A stretch of 32,000 nucleotides of DNA, from the NCBI RefSeq assembly GCF_000022265.1, contig NC_011979.1, forward strand, positions 870,001 through 902,000, read 5' to 3'. This stretch comes from Geotalea daltonii FRC-32. Lineage in GTDB: Bacteria > Desulfobacterota > Desulfuromonadia > Geobacterales > Geobacteraceae. Below are positions 23,390 through 32,000 of this stretch, in pieces. The notes under the pieces were generated by a model. The model had not been told where the DNA came from and searched no databases. It saw nothing but the letters and a program-made list of their open reading frames with translations. How positions within the stretch are numbered: position 1 is the first letter of the stretch; every line of letters starts with the position of its first letter. The position numbers and the translations under genes are program-made.

Positions 23390-25780
23390 TCATAGCTTGT
23401 GGTTGATCCTTTTCAGCAGGATCGAGTTAGTGACAACGGACACCGAGGAGAAGGCCATGGCCAGACCGGCAAATTCCGGTTTCAGGGTGATGTGCAACGG
23501 GTAGTAAAGCAGGCCGGCGGCAACGGGTATTCCCAGCACATTGTAAAACAGCGCCCAGAAAAGATTCTGTTTCACCTTGGCCAGCGTCCCCCTGCCCAGT
23601 TTTATGGCGCGAACCACATCCAGCAGGTCGTCCCTGACCAGGATGACATCGCCGGTCTCCTTGGCAACGTCGGTGCCGCCGCCAATCGCGATGCCTATAT
23701 CGGCCTGGGCCAGGGCCGGGGCGTCGTTGATGCCGTCCCCTACCATTCCCACATAGAGACCTTTTGCCTGATATTCCTTGACCACCTGCTGTTTCCGGTC
23801 GGGGAGGACCTCTGCCTCGAAACCGTCGACGCCGGCCAGACGGGAGACGGCAGCGGCCACGTCCCGGTGGTCGCCGGTAATCATGAAAGTGGCGATTCCC
23901 ATCTGTTTCAGTTCCCTGACGGCAGTGGTGGAAGTTTCCTTGAGGCGATCGGCAAAGGCGGCGACACCGATCAGCCGGTCTCCAAGCGCCACAAAGATCA
24001 ACGATTTCCCCTCAGCCGCCAGCTGTGCGGCAGCGTTGTCCAGTAATTCCGTGGCTATTGCCCCTTCTGCCACAAGTCGTTCATTTCCTGCCAGCAGCCT
24101 TGATCCCTTATAGATGCAGGAGATACCGAAACCACCCCGCTCCTGGTAGTCTGTTACAACTTGAGGCGCGATCCCCCTTGCCTTGCCGTATTCCATGGCC
24201 GCCTGTGCCAGTGGGTGGGTGGAGAGGGATTCGGCTGCCATCAGGTGCTCCAGCAGCCTGTCTTCATTGACGGCGGGGGCGGGGACAAGATCGGTGAGTT
24301 CGGGTTTGCCGCGGGTCAGGGTACCGGTCTTGTCCAGGAGCAGTGCCTGGATTCGGGAAATATTTTCCAGGACCGAGCCGCGCTTGATGAGGATGCACCG
24401 GTTGAGCCCGACACCGCTGCCGACCATGATCGCGGTTGGCGTGGCAAGTCCCATGGCGCAGGGGCAGGCAATGACGACGACGGTGATGGCCAGTTTGAAG
24501 GCGAAGAGGAAAGCTTCGTCGGTGAAAAGGTACCAGCCGAGGAAGGTGAGAAGGGCCAGAACCAGCACCACCGGCACGAAAACGGCAGAGATGCGGTCGG
24601 CAAATCTCTGGATTGGGGCTTTGTCGGCCTGGGCCTCCTGGACCATTCGGACGATCTGGGCAAGGAGGGTGTCTTCGCCGACCCGTGTGGCTTTGATGGT
24701 AAGGGGACCGCGACCGTTGACGGTGGCGCCGGTGACCGGTTGGCCCGGGCTCTTTTCCACCGGTAGCGATTCGCCGCTGACCATTGATTCATCGACGCTC
24801 GATTGACCTGCCACCACCACGCCATCTACGGCTATCGTTTCGCCCGGACGAACCAGCAGCGTGTCTCCTACCCGGATGGTGGAGGCAGCCACCTCGCGCT
24901 CCTCTCCATCGACCAACAGCCTTGCCTTATCGGCCTGGAGGCGGAGCAGTTTCTTCAAAGCTTCTCCCGCCTTGCCCCGCGCCCGTGCTTCCAGGTATTT
25001 GCCCAGGCGGATGAAGGCGATGAGCATGGCCGAGGTTTCGAAGAATATTTCACCATGGGCGCCGAAGGCGCCGAAAAAGGCGAACAGGGAATAGAAGTAG
25101 GCAGCGGAGGTGCCGAGCGCCACCAGCACATCCATATTGGCGCTTTTATTCTTCAGGGCATGAAAGGCGCCTGAGTAAAAGGTAAGGCCGGCGGTAAACT
25201 GCACCGCACTGGCCAGCACCAGGTTCATCCAGCCGATCAGCGGATTGTGGTGCCAGGTCATGGTGAACATGATCGGCAGGGAAGCGAGCAGGCTGAAGAT
25301 GAACAGGTTCCGCTGCCGGGTCAGGTCCTTCTGCTGCTCTGCCGATGCATCCTCTTCTTCCACTGGTTCGTAACCGGCCTCTCGTACCTGATTGTAAATA
25401 TCGGCACGTACCAGCATCCCCGGATCGTATTTGACCCAGGCTGATTGCTGGGCCAGGTTGACCGTGGCGTGGGAAATGCCGGCAAGGGAGAGGAGTTTCT
25501 TCTCCAGTGTGGCGACACAGGAGGCGCAATGGAGGCCCCTGACGCCGAAGCGAAGTTCTCCGGCAGCGCCGAGCGGCCGGGCAGTGTAGCCCAGTTCCTT
25601 GACTTTTGCCGTGATGGCGTCCGCAGAAAGTTGTTTCGGGTCATGCTCTACGGTCAGTTCTTCCAGCGGGAAATTGACGGAGGCGCTGTCCACTCCAGCC
25701 GTTTCATTGATCCCTTTTTCTATCCTGGCAGCGCAATTGACACAGGACATGCCGGTTATCCTGAACCTGCTTTTGGTCAT
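23390..25780 (-). CDS. copA: Copper-translocating P1B-type ATPase
   Basis: 796 aa. Two HMA domains ([24 protein letters not shown]), CPC motif ([11 protein letters not shown]), DKTGTLT, STHPLA and [10 protein letters not shown]. Its ATG overlaps the upstream stop (ATGA). Confidence 0.95.
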   Translation of the reverse strand: MTKSRFRITGMSCVNCAARIEKGINETAGVDSASVNFPLEELTVEHDPKQLSADAITAKVKELGYTARPLGAAGELRFGVRGLHCASCVATLEKKLLSLAGISHATVNLAQQSAWVKYDPGMLVRADIYNQVREAGYEPVEEEDASAEQQKDLTRQRNLFIFSLLASLPIMFTMTWHHNPLIGWMNLVLASAVQFTAGLTFYSGAFHALKNKSANMDVLVALGTSAAYFYSLFAFFGAFGAHGEIFFETSAMLIAFIRLGKYLEARARGKAGEALKKLLRLQADKARLLVDGEEREVAASTIRVGDTLLVRPGETIAVDGVVVAGQSSVDESMVSGESLPVEKSPGQPVTGATVNGRGPLTIKATRVGEDTLLAQIVRMVQEAQADKAPIQRFADRISAVFVPVVLVLALLTFLGWYLFTDEAFLFAFKLAITVVVIACPCAMGLATPTAIMVGSGVGLNRCILIKRGSVLENISRIQALLLDKTGTLTRGKPELTDLVPAPAVNEDRLLEHLMAAESLSTHPLAQAAMEYGKARGIAPQVVTDYQERGGFGISCIYKGSRLLAGNERLVAEGAIATELLDNAAAQLAAEGKSLIFVALGDRLIGVAAFADRLKETSTTAVRELKQMGIATFMITGDHRDVAAAVSRLAGVDGFEAEVLPDRKQQVVKEYQAKGLYVGMVGDGINDAPALAQADIGIAIGGGTDVAKETGDVILVRDDLLDVVRAIKLGRGTLAKVKQNLFWALFYNVLGIPVAAGLLYYPLHITLKPEFAGLAMAFSSVSVVTNSILLKRINHKL

Positions 25781-26820
25781 GGTGTCCCCCTGTTCCTGAA
25801 TTCGCCGGCGCAGATTTTCACTACCGCCGCCAGCGGTATGGCCAGCACGATACCCCAGAATCCCATCAGTTCCCCCATGGCCATAACGGCGAAAATTACG
25901 ACCAGGGGATTGAGACGCAGGGTGTGCCTCATGACCAGCGGCTTGATCAGGTTACCTTCGATAATGACGTTGATGATGAAGTAGAGCAGGCAGACCTTGG
26001 CGATGACGGAAATGTCTCCGGTCTGGGCATAGCCGATGAGCAACGGGGGGATAACGGCAATAGTCACGCCCAAAATGGGCACAACGGAGGCAAAGCCGGC
26101 TAAAAGCCCGTTGAGCACTGCGAACTGGATGTCCAGCATCCATAGGGCAAAGGCGGTGAGGATTGCAACCAGGGTGCAGTCAATGGCCATGCCGATGATG
26201 AAACGCTCCAGGGAGCTATTGATCCTCCTGCCCAGGTCAATCATCTGCCGACGGTGCCCCAGCGGAATCAACCTTTTGACCATGTCCTTGCACATCTGCT
26301 TGTAAAGCAGCATGAAGAAAATCAGGATCGGGGCCAGGATCAGATTGAAAATGCCGTAAAATATGGCGGTGAGGCGGTTGTAACCCAGGCCGGAAAGCGC
26401 CTGTGTCATCCGGTCAAAGGATTCCTTGCCCCTTTGCAGAAGCCAGATGCCTTCTTCACCGCTGTAGTAAGGGGACAGCTGAAACTGCCACTGAGTCAGC
26501 TCGCCCTTCAGGTTCAGCACGTAGTACGGGATGGTATCCTTGAGCGTCTGCAGCTGATGGCCAAGATAGGGGGCCAGAATGAAGGACGAGACGGTCAGAA
26601 TGGCTGCCAGAGCCACATAGATGATGCCAAGTGCCGGTAGTCTGCCGAGTCCTTTTAGCTCCAGGTATTTGAGGAGCGGGTTTAGCAGATAAGCGAGTAC
26701 CAGCGAGGTGAGCAGGGCGGATAGGGTATGATGAATGAAATACCCTGAAAGAAGCAGCAGTGCCAGCGACGCCACGAGAACATGCGACAGAAAACTTTTT
26801 CTTTCCGGCGTCTCCCTCAT
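25777..26820 (-). CDS. AI-2E family transporter (UPF0118/PerM-like), copy 2
   Basis: Polytopic protein with an AI-2E-type C-terminal region (...[15 protein letters not shown]...[19 protein letters not shown]). ATG 26820 is preferred over the TTG at 26841 used in the ORF track. Confidence 0.85.
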   Translation of the reverse strand: MRETPERKSFLSHVLVASLALLLLSGYFIHHTLSALLTSLVLAYLLNPLLKYLELKGLGRLPALGIIYVALAAILTVSSFILAPYLGHQLQTLKDTIPYYVLNLKGELTQWQFQLSPYYSGEEGIWLLQRGKESFDRMTQALSGLGYNRLTAIFYGIFNLILAPILIFFMLLYKQMCKDMVKRLIPLGHRRQMIDLGRRINSSLERFIIGMAIDCTLVAILTAFALWMLDIQFAVLNGLLAGFASVVPILGVTIAVIPPLLIGYAQTGDISVIAKVCLLYFIINVIIEGNLIKPLVMRHTLRLNPLVVIFAVMAMGELMGFWGIVLAIPLAAVVKICAGEFRNRGTP

Positions 26821-26824
26821 GGCA

Positions 26825-27871
26825 TCACGGTTCCCTGGCAAAGCTGTCGCGGCGGATTTGTGCGGAAACGATCTTGAAGGCGGCGGCTAGAGGGATGGCG
26901 AGGATGATTCCCCAGAAACCGAGCAGTTCGCCAAAGGCCATGACGACAATGATGGTAAGAAGCGGGTTCAGATCCATGGATTCCTGGAACACCAGCGGCT
27001 TGACCACGTAACCTTCCAGAAAGTAGATGACGGCAAACGATGCCGCAACTTTGATGAGCACAACCCCGCTCTGAAATTCCACATAGGCGAAAAAGAGGGG
27101 GGGCAGGGTGGCCAGTATCACACCGATGAACGGCAGGATTGAGGCGAGGCCGGCAAAGATGCCGTTCAGAATGGCATAGTCGATACCGAGCAGAAAGAGG
27201 GCGATGGTGGAAAGGACGGCGACGATGACCGAGACTATCAGCTGGCCTCTGATATAGCCGCCGACACTGGCATTAATTTCCCGGCCGATGGCGCGTATGG
27301 TTTCGCTACGCTCAGCAGGGAGCCAGCTGACACATTCGTCGATGATCTGATGCTTGTAATAGAGCATGAAAAAGACCAGGATCGGCGAAAGGATCAGGTT
27401 GAACAGATTGAAAACCACATTGGCTGCGGCAGCGTAGACCCCGGCGCTGAGCTTTTCATAGAGCTTGTCCATGTTGGTCCAGATGGTGTCCATTAGCCAG
27501 AGCCATTCCTCATTGCCGAAAGCAGGTTGTAGTTCACCCTTGCCACCAAGGATCAGGTCCTTCCCCTTCTGCACATAACCGGGTAGATCCCTGAGCAGTG
27601 ATTCCCAGGCAAGAGTGGTAAATGGGAGAATATAGATGATGCAGAAGACGGAAATGAGGGCGAGCGTCAGGTATAGGATGATGATGCCGTAGGTGCGGGG
27701 TATTCGTCTTCGCTCCAGGGCAACTACCGCCGGATCGAGCAGATAGGCGATGATAAAGGAGAGGAGAAAGCAGGAAACTGTGTGGCGAAGGGCATATCCT
27801 GCGGCAACGATGGCCGCGGTTATCAGGATGGCTGTTACTGCTCTGCTGGAAACTGACCGTTGTGGAGACAT
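26825..27871 (-). CDS. AI-2E family transporter (UPF0118/PerM-like), copy 1
   Basis: Paralogue of the downstream gene (...LPFIGVILATLPPLF...GELLGFWGIILAIPLAAAF). ATG 27871 with an AAGGA RBS is preferred over TTG 27883. Confidence 0.85.
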   Translation of the reverse strand: MSPQRSVSSRAVTAILITAAIVAAGYALRHTVSCFLLSFIIAYLLDPAVVALERRRIPRTYGIIILYLTLALISVFCIIYILPFTTLAWESLLRDLPGYVQKGKDLILGGKGELQPAFGNEEWLWLMDTIWTNMDKLYEKLSAGVYAAAANVVFNLFNLILSPILVFFMLYYKHQIIDECVSWLPAERSETIRAIGREINASVGGYIRGQLIVSVIVAVLSTIALFLLGIDYAILNGIFAGLASILPFIGVILATLPPLFFAYVEFQSGVVLIKVAASFAVIYFLEGYVVKPLVFQESMDLNPLLTIIVVMAFGELLGFWGIILAIPLAAAFKIVSAQIRRDSFAREP

Positions 27872-27895
27872 GGGTTCCTTCAATGGCGACCTTTT

Positions 27896-28333
27896 TTACA
27901 GAGGCTCTGCGGACGGGTATATGTCGTGTTCTTCAAGCCATTGCCCGACCCTGGTCGCCAGTAATTGTTCCTTGATCGAGGCCAGCCGTTCCAGTTCTTC
28001 GGGGTAAAAGGAAAGGATCTCGTCAAGGCGGCCGTATGGGCTCTTGCCGATGAACGCCCTGTTGAGAACCGTTTTCAGCTTTTCGTTGGCCACGCCCTTG
28101 ATGAATTCGTGGAGCAGCTGCCTTTCCTGATCATAATCGAAGTAGGGGATGGTCAGGTAGCGCTCCTGGTCTGCGTCGATTTCATCCCAGAATGCGTCGT
28201 CCTCGTAGTCGGCAGGGACATAGAACACTTCTCCGGTCTGCCGGTCCAGGAAGTAGATCATTTCAGGGTCGGGATTTTCAAATGCATCGAGCAGATCATC
28301 CCAAACGATTTCCATATCCCGCATAACGCCCAT
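27896..28333 (-). CDS. Small acidic cytoplasmic protein, UPF0158-like
   Basis: IVWDDLLDAFENPDPEMIYFLDRQTGEVFYVP resembles the UPF0158 N-terminal pattern as I recall it. ATG 28333 has a GAGGAG RBS 5 nt upstream. The longer ORF start (28450) would overlap lpxH. Confidence 0.6.
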   Translation of the reverse strand: MGVMRDMEIVWDDLLDAFENPDPEMIYFLDRQTGEVFYVPADYEDDAFWDEIDADQERYLTIPYFDYDQERQLLHEFIKGVANEKLKTVLNRAFIGKSPYGRLDEILSFYPEELERLASIKEQLLATRVGQWLEEHDIYPSAEPL

Positions 28334-28420
28334 CTGGACTCCTCGAAGACGGTCCGGTATCCGGCATGGCAATGGAACCTTACCCTTTACCGCAGGCCTT
28401 TCTTCATATATAGTGCCGGC

Positions 28421-29143
28421 ATGCGCAGAATATTCATTGCCGATGCCCACCTGAGAAACGAAGCCGACGACAACTATCGGATGCTGCTTCGTTTCCTTTC
28501 AACCCTTGAGGGTAATACCGAAACCCTTTACATTCTTGGCGACCTCTTCGAATTCTGGATCGGCAGCCCACATACCGTTTTTCCCCATTATCAGCCGGTG
28601 CTGGAGCAGTTGCTCCGGCTGGCGCAGCTTGGGACGCGCATCGTCTACTTCGAGGGGAATCATGACTTTCACATGGGCACGTATTTTACCGAAACACTGC
28701 AGGCAGAGGTCCATCCCGGACCCGCTATCGTCAACATTGACGGGAAGAGGGTTTTTCTCTGCCATGGCGATCAGATCAACCACCGGGACTATGGCTACAC
28801 TCTGCTCCGAGCTGTATTACACAGCCACGTCAGCAAATTAATGATTCCCCTGGCGCCTGTTGCACTCACTTCCTTCATTGCCGAACGCATGTCGCGGCAA
28901 AGCAGCAGGAAGCATGGCAGTCGCAGTTTGAGATGGGATTATCCAGCGATCATCAGGCGCTTTGCCCGTCACCAGTTCAAGCGGGGCTGCGATACCGTCA
29001 TATGCGGCCATTTTCATATGCCGTTTATTGAGAGATCCGGTTCGGATGATGACAGGATTCTCCTCTCCCTGGGGGACTGGATCAACCAGTATTCCTATGC
29101 CGAATTGGTGGATGGCCACCTGTCCCTGAGGGTCTTCAGTTGA
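28421..29143 (+). CDS. lpxH: UDP-2,3-diacylglucosamine diphosphatase
   Basis: MRRIFIADAHL...LYILGDLFEFWIG...GNHDF...HGD are calcineurin-like metallophosphoesterase motifs in LpxH order. The N-terminus resembles E. coli LpxH as I recall it. The upstream 152 codons of ORF 27965-29143 are antisense to the UPF0158-like gene and are rejected. Confidence 0.9.
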   Translation: MRRIFIADAHLRNEADDNYRMLLRFLSTLEGNTETLYILGDLFEFWIGSPHTVFPHYQPVLEQLLRLAQLGTRIVYFEGNHDFHMGTYFTETLQAEVHPGPAIVNIDGKRVFLCHGDQINHRDYGYTLLRAVLHSHVSKLMIPLAPVALTSFIAERMSRQSSRKHGSRSLRWDYPAIIRRFARHQFKRGCDTVICGHFHMPFIERSGSDDDRILLSLGDWINQYSYAELVDGHLSLRVFS

Positions 29144-29150
29144 AGTCCCT

Positions 29151-29381
29151 TCAAGCAAGACCGAACAGCCTCAGATAATTTTTTACCCGTTCTTCCAGGT
29201 CGGGAGCATCTATCAACCGGCAGATATCATCGGAGCGGTAGCTGCGGCACACTACAGGACGAGTCTCATAGCGGCTGCAGCGCTGGTCGGTATCGAGGTG
29301 GATACAGCGGGTGGCCAACGGTTTTTTCAACGAGCTTATGTCAGGCGCAACACAGCAAGTACCGCATCTTGAACATTCCAC
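29151..29381 (-). CDS. YkgJ-family cysteine-cluster protein (putative Zn/Fe-binding)
   Basis: 76 aa. The N-terminal CSRCGTCC motif plus downstream Cys residues are typical of the CxxCxxCC family. Confidence 0.75.
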   Translation of the reverse strand: MECSRCGTCCVAPDISSLKKPLATRCIHLDTDQRCSRYETRPVVCRSYRSDDICRLIDAPDLEERVKNYLRLFGLA

Positions 29382-29400
29382 TGATTTACCCCGTCCCAGC

Positions 29401-30825
29401 CTACCTCTTGAAAAACGCTTCCAGCGCCTTCTCTCCCACGTTTGAGGCTTTGATCCGCCACTTGTTCTGGTTTATGACCAGGGCAACCAGGGCAATCTGT
29501 GGATCTTCGATGGGGGCATAGGCTGCGAACCAGCTGTAGTGACCGGCAGGATCATTGCCGTTAATTGAACCGGTTTTGGCAGCAATGTTGATCGAGGCCA
29601 GCATGGGCCGGCCGCGCCTGTCATGGAAGGCCCGGCGGGAGGTGCCGCTGTTGACGGTGGTTGATAACATGCGGCTCAGCTGGCCGGTTACTTCCGGTGC
29701 TACCAGACGCTTCAGCTGTTCGGGCTTATGGCTGAAAACAGCATTTCCCTGTGGGTTCTTCACCTCTTCCACCAACGAAGGTGCCATCATGATGCCGCCA
29801 TTTGCAATGGCCGCCATTACTGCTGCGGCATGAACGGGAGAGATCTTTACCTCTCGACCGAGGCCTGCACCCATAAGTTTCAACTCACTGTCCGTCTGTG
29901 GTATAGCTGCCCTGCTGGGAATTACCGGTGTGCCGGGGAAAAGCAGCTGGTTGAATCCGAAGCGCTCAGCACAGGAGATCAGGGAGTCTTTGCCGACCAC
30001 ATCGCTGGCCAGCCTGCCGAATACCGGATTTACCGATTTGCCCATGGCGATGGACAAAGGCAGTTCCTGGTTTTTGCCGTGCGCCTTTACATACCAATAT
30101 TTGGGGTTCTCAGAGGTAAGTCTGCCGTTGAAGGCGAAGACGGTGTCTGGCGAGACCTTTTTCTGCTCCAGGGCTGCAGTAGCCGTGATTATCTTGAAAA
30201 GTGAGGCCATGGGATAGAGATTGAAGCAGGAACTTTTTTCCCAGGCGGGATTAATGCTGGAGTGGCTTGCCAGTGCCAGGATTTTGCCGGTCTTCGGCTC
30301 AATGGCGACAAAAGCGCCGTAGGGCACCTTAAAATCTTCCATCAAATTGGTGATACGTCTTTGCAATGGTTCATCGATGGCATAGACGACAGTGCCTCCA
30401 TCGGGCAAGGCGGCGCTGAGATGGTCATTTGTCAGGCTCGATGAAGGAAGCATGTCTGCCGCCAGCTGGAAAGACCGCCAGTTATCAAGCTCCTTGTAGA
30501 TATCCGGCTTTTTAGCTGCTTCCATGCTGCTTTTGCTAACACTTGATAGAGCCGTTTTCGCCGAGATGAGCAGGTTGAAAATCGGGTAGCTGGCAAGGAG
30601 CAGGGCGATAATCGGCAGTGCCAGCCGCAGCCTCTTTTTTTCTGCTGGAGGTTCCTTGATGGCAGCGGATAAATCGGATGCAGGGGTGTCTTGTTGTTTG
30701 CGCAGGTTGAGGCGATGTAATCGCTTTTTTTTCGATAGGTGTTTTAGATCTTGCATGGCCGCTTTTTGAGAATCAGTTTTAGGTTTGAGAAGATGTTTGA
30801 CAATCCAGCCACTATATTCAATCAA
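29401..30825 (-). CDS. Penicillin-binding protein, transpeptidase domain, N-terminally membrane-anchored
   Basis: SxxK (ASLFK), SxN (KSVN) and KTG (AKTGS) occur in the correct order. TM helix LALPIIALLLASYPIFNLLI. The start is uncertain: TTG 30825 or ATG 30756. Confidence 0.8.
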   Translation of the reverse strand: MIEYSGWIVKHLLKPKTDSQKAAMQDLKHLSKKKRLHRLNLRKQQDTPASDLSAAIKEPPAEKKRLRLALPIIALLLASYPIFNLLISAKTALSSVSKSSMEAAKKPDIYKELDNWRSFQLAADMLPSSSLTNDHLSAALPDGGTVVYAIDEPLQRRITNLMEDFKVPYGAFVAIEPKTGKILALASHSSINPAWEKSSCFNLYPMASLFKIITATAALEQKKVSPDTVFAFNGRLTSENPKYWYVKAHGKNQELPLSIAMGKSVNPVFGRLASDVVGKDSLISCAERFGFNQLLFPGTPVIPSRAAIPQTDSELKLMGAGLGREVKISPVHAAAVMAAIANGGIMMAPSLVEEVKNPQGNAVFSHKPEQLKRLVAPEVTGQLSRMLSTTVNSGTSRRAFHDRRGRPMLASINIAAKTGSINGNDPAGHYSWFAAYAPIEDPQIALVALVINQNKWRIKASNVGEKALEAFFKR

Positions 30826-30879
30826 CCCATATTTGTCAACGGCGCGGCTGGCGCGATTGGGTTAAAATACATTAGGCAT

Positions 30880-32000
30880 TCAGCTTATCTTCCTGGTAGA
30901 GATCAGGTCTTTCATGGTCAAGCCGGCAAGTGCCGCGTCAGCTGCATTATTGGCACGGATCAGTATCTCATGGGACAGCTCCTCCTGTCTGGCAACCTTT
31001 TCAATCCAATCACGATCGCCATAACCTCTGAGTGATGACAGTACTTCATTGACAGGGATTTGCTCAAGCTCCCTGGCGGGGTAGTAGGAGGACAGCTCAC
31101 CGGCGGATCTTATCAGGTATCCCGAATCGGTCAGCTGGATAAGGAGTTCCCTCACCAGCCTGATCGGTACGTCCAGGGATTCGGCCAGGCGCTCCTTGGT
31201 CAGTGGTGGGCTGCCGAGATGGAAAGCGGTGGCCACTTCCTGGAGTATGGACAGGGCGAGCAGATCCATCATGGCAGGACTGATTTGCTGGGTGCGAAAC
31301 TCATGGCGGAAGGTCTTGATATTCTGGTGGGCGGCTACCACTTCGACACCGAAGAGGACAATCACCCAGCTGGTATAGATCCAGACCATGAAAATCGGGA
31401 GCAGGGCCAACGTGCCATATATGGCGTTGTACTTGCCAACGCCGACCTGGAAATACAAATATCCCCACTGGGCCGCCTGCCAAACAGTGCCGGCCAGGAC
31501 TCCGCCGATCAAAGCCGATTTGGCTTTGACCCTTGTATTGGGAATTAATATATAAAGGAAGAAAAGGGCCAGCCAGACGCTGATATAGGGTATGAGACGG
31601 AAAGAGAACAGCAGCACATCCCCCAGGTAGCTGGTCTGGAGCAGCCAGCGCACCACCGATTGGCTCTGCAGGGTAGTGGTCACGCTGATCGCCGCCAGCA
31701 TGAGGAGCGGCCCGCTGAGGAGCACGCTCAGGTAGTCGCTGAACTTTCGCTGCAGGCTCCTGGTTCCCTTGACCCCCCAGATGACATTGAAAGCTTCCTC
31801 AATGTTGCCGAGCAGGGTTATGGCCGTTACCACCAGGGTGGCAAGGCCGATCGTTCCCATGGAGGTCATGTTGGTGTTGTTGATGTAAGTGACGATCTTG
31901 TCCACCAGCTCTTCCGAGCCGGCCGTCACCTGTTCGAGTATGTAAGGTTCCACTTTGTTCTGAACGTCGAAACCCTTGAGGACGGCAAAGGTAAGGGCAA
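30880..32000 (-). CDS. YihY/BrkB-family membrane protein with a C-terminal winged-helix-like domain (5' end outside window)
   Basis: The reading frame stays open upstream of the GVG-free GTG at 31953 to the window edge (...ALTFAVLKGFDVQNKVEPYILEQ...). The polytopic YihY-like core is followed by ~140 aa containing LTKERLAESLDVPIRLVRELLIQLTDSGYLI. Confidence 0.85.
   Translation of the reverse strand, partial: ALTFAVLKGFDVQNKVEPYILEQVTAGSEELVDKIVTYINNTNMTSMGTIGLATLVVTAITLLGNIEEAFNVIWGVKGTRSLQRKFSDYLSVLLSGPLLMLAAISVTTTLQSQSVVRWLLQTSYLGDVLLFSFRLIPYISVWLALFFLYILIPNTRVKAKSALIGGVLAGTVWQAAQWGYLYFQVGVGKYNAIYGTLALLPIFMVWIYTSWVIVLFGVEVVAAHQNIKTFRHEFRTQQISPAMMDLLALSILQEVATAFHLGSPPLTKERLAESLDVPIRLVRELLIQLTDSGYLIRSAGELSSYYPARELEQIPVNEVLSSLRGYGDRDWIEKVARQEELSHEILIRANNAADAALAGLTMKDLISTRKIS

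Noticed and set aside
23399-25984. Several + strand ORFs of 60-215 aa across copA and the AI-2E gene (for example 23399-24046, 24161-24766, 25445-25984).
   Set aside because: They are antisense shadows of a motif-complete P-type ATPase and a polytopic permease.
27965-28420. The long form of the lpxH ORF starting at 27965.
   Set aside because: The first 152 codons are antisense to the UPF0158-like gene. The LpxH-like sequence starts exactly at ATG 28421.

Overview
The window looks like chromosomal DNA from a roughly 55-60% GC Desulfuromonadota (Geobacter-like) bacterium; that lineage guess rests only on how the proteins look. No rRNA, tRNA or CRISPR array was recognised. Left (1-5.3 kb): a sulfate-assimilation cluster of an SLC13/DASS permease, APS-type cysH, cysD and cysN. 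Each intergenic gap in this cluster holds a long hairpin or repeat element. 5.4-6.7 kb: a small regulatory island with an XRE repressor divergent from a small wHTH-like protein and an orphan receiver domain. 6.7-8.0 kb: an AT-rich spacer with two tandem palindromes. It is followed by a GxxExxY (PD-(D/E)XK) gene bracketed by two direct copies of a ~250-bp doublet of ~103-bp hairpin repeats. A fifth copy of that repeat lies between cysH and cysD. Centre (8.0-20.0 kb) is the most interesting part: a co-directional four-gene module closed by one strong terminator. It encodes (a) a secreted, coiled-coil transglutaminase-like protein whose catalytic Cys is Ala. It also encodes (b) a low-GC ORF that continues the same reading frame across a single TAA. 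Next is (c) a low-GC multi-TM protein. Last is (d) a 2,673-aa secreted giant built from a terpene-cyclase-like toroid, 8 CARDB domains, an ~8-blade FG-GAP propeller, Ig-like repeats and 5 tandem ~105-aa modules. A membrane-anchored atypical PilZ protein follows. Right (21-32 kb): plsY; a long translationally coupled minus-strand operon (UPF0158-like, two AI-2E permeases, copA, LysE, rhodanese, MauE/DoxX); lpxH; a YkgJ-type Cys-cluster protein; a PBP transpeptidase; and a YihY/BrkB protein that runs off the window. All functional calls come from motif recognition in the supplied translations. No database search was run.
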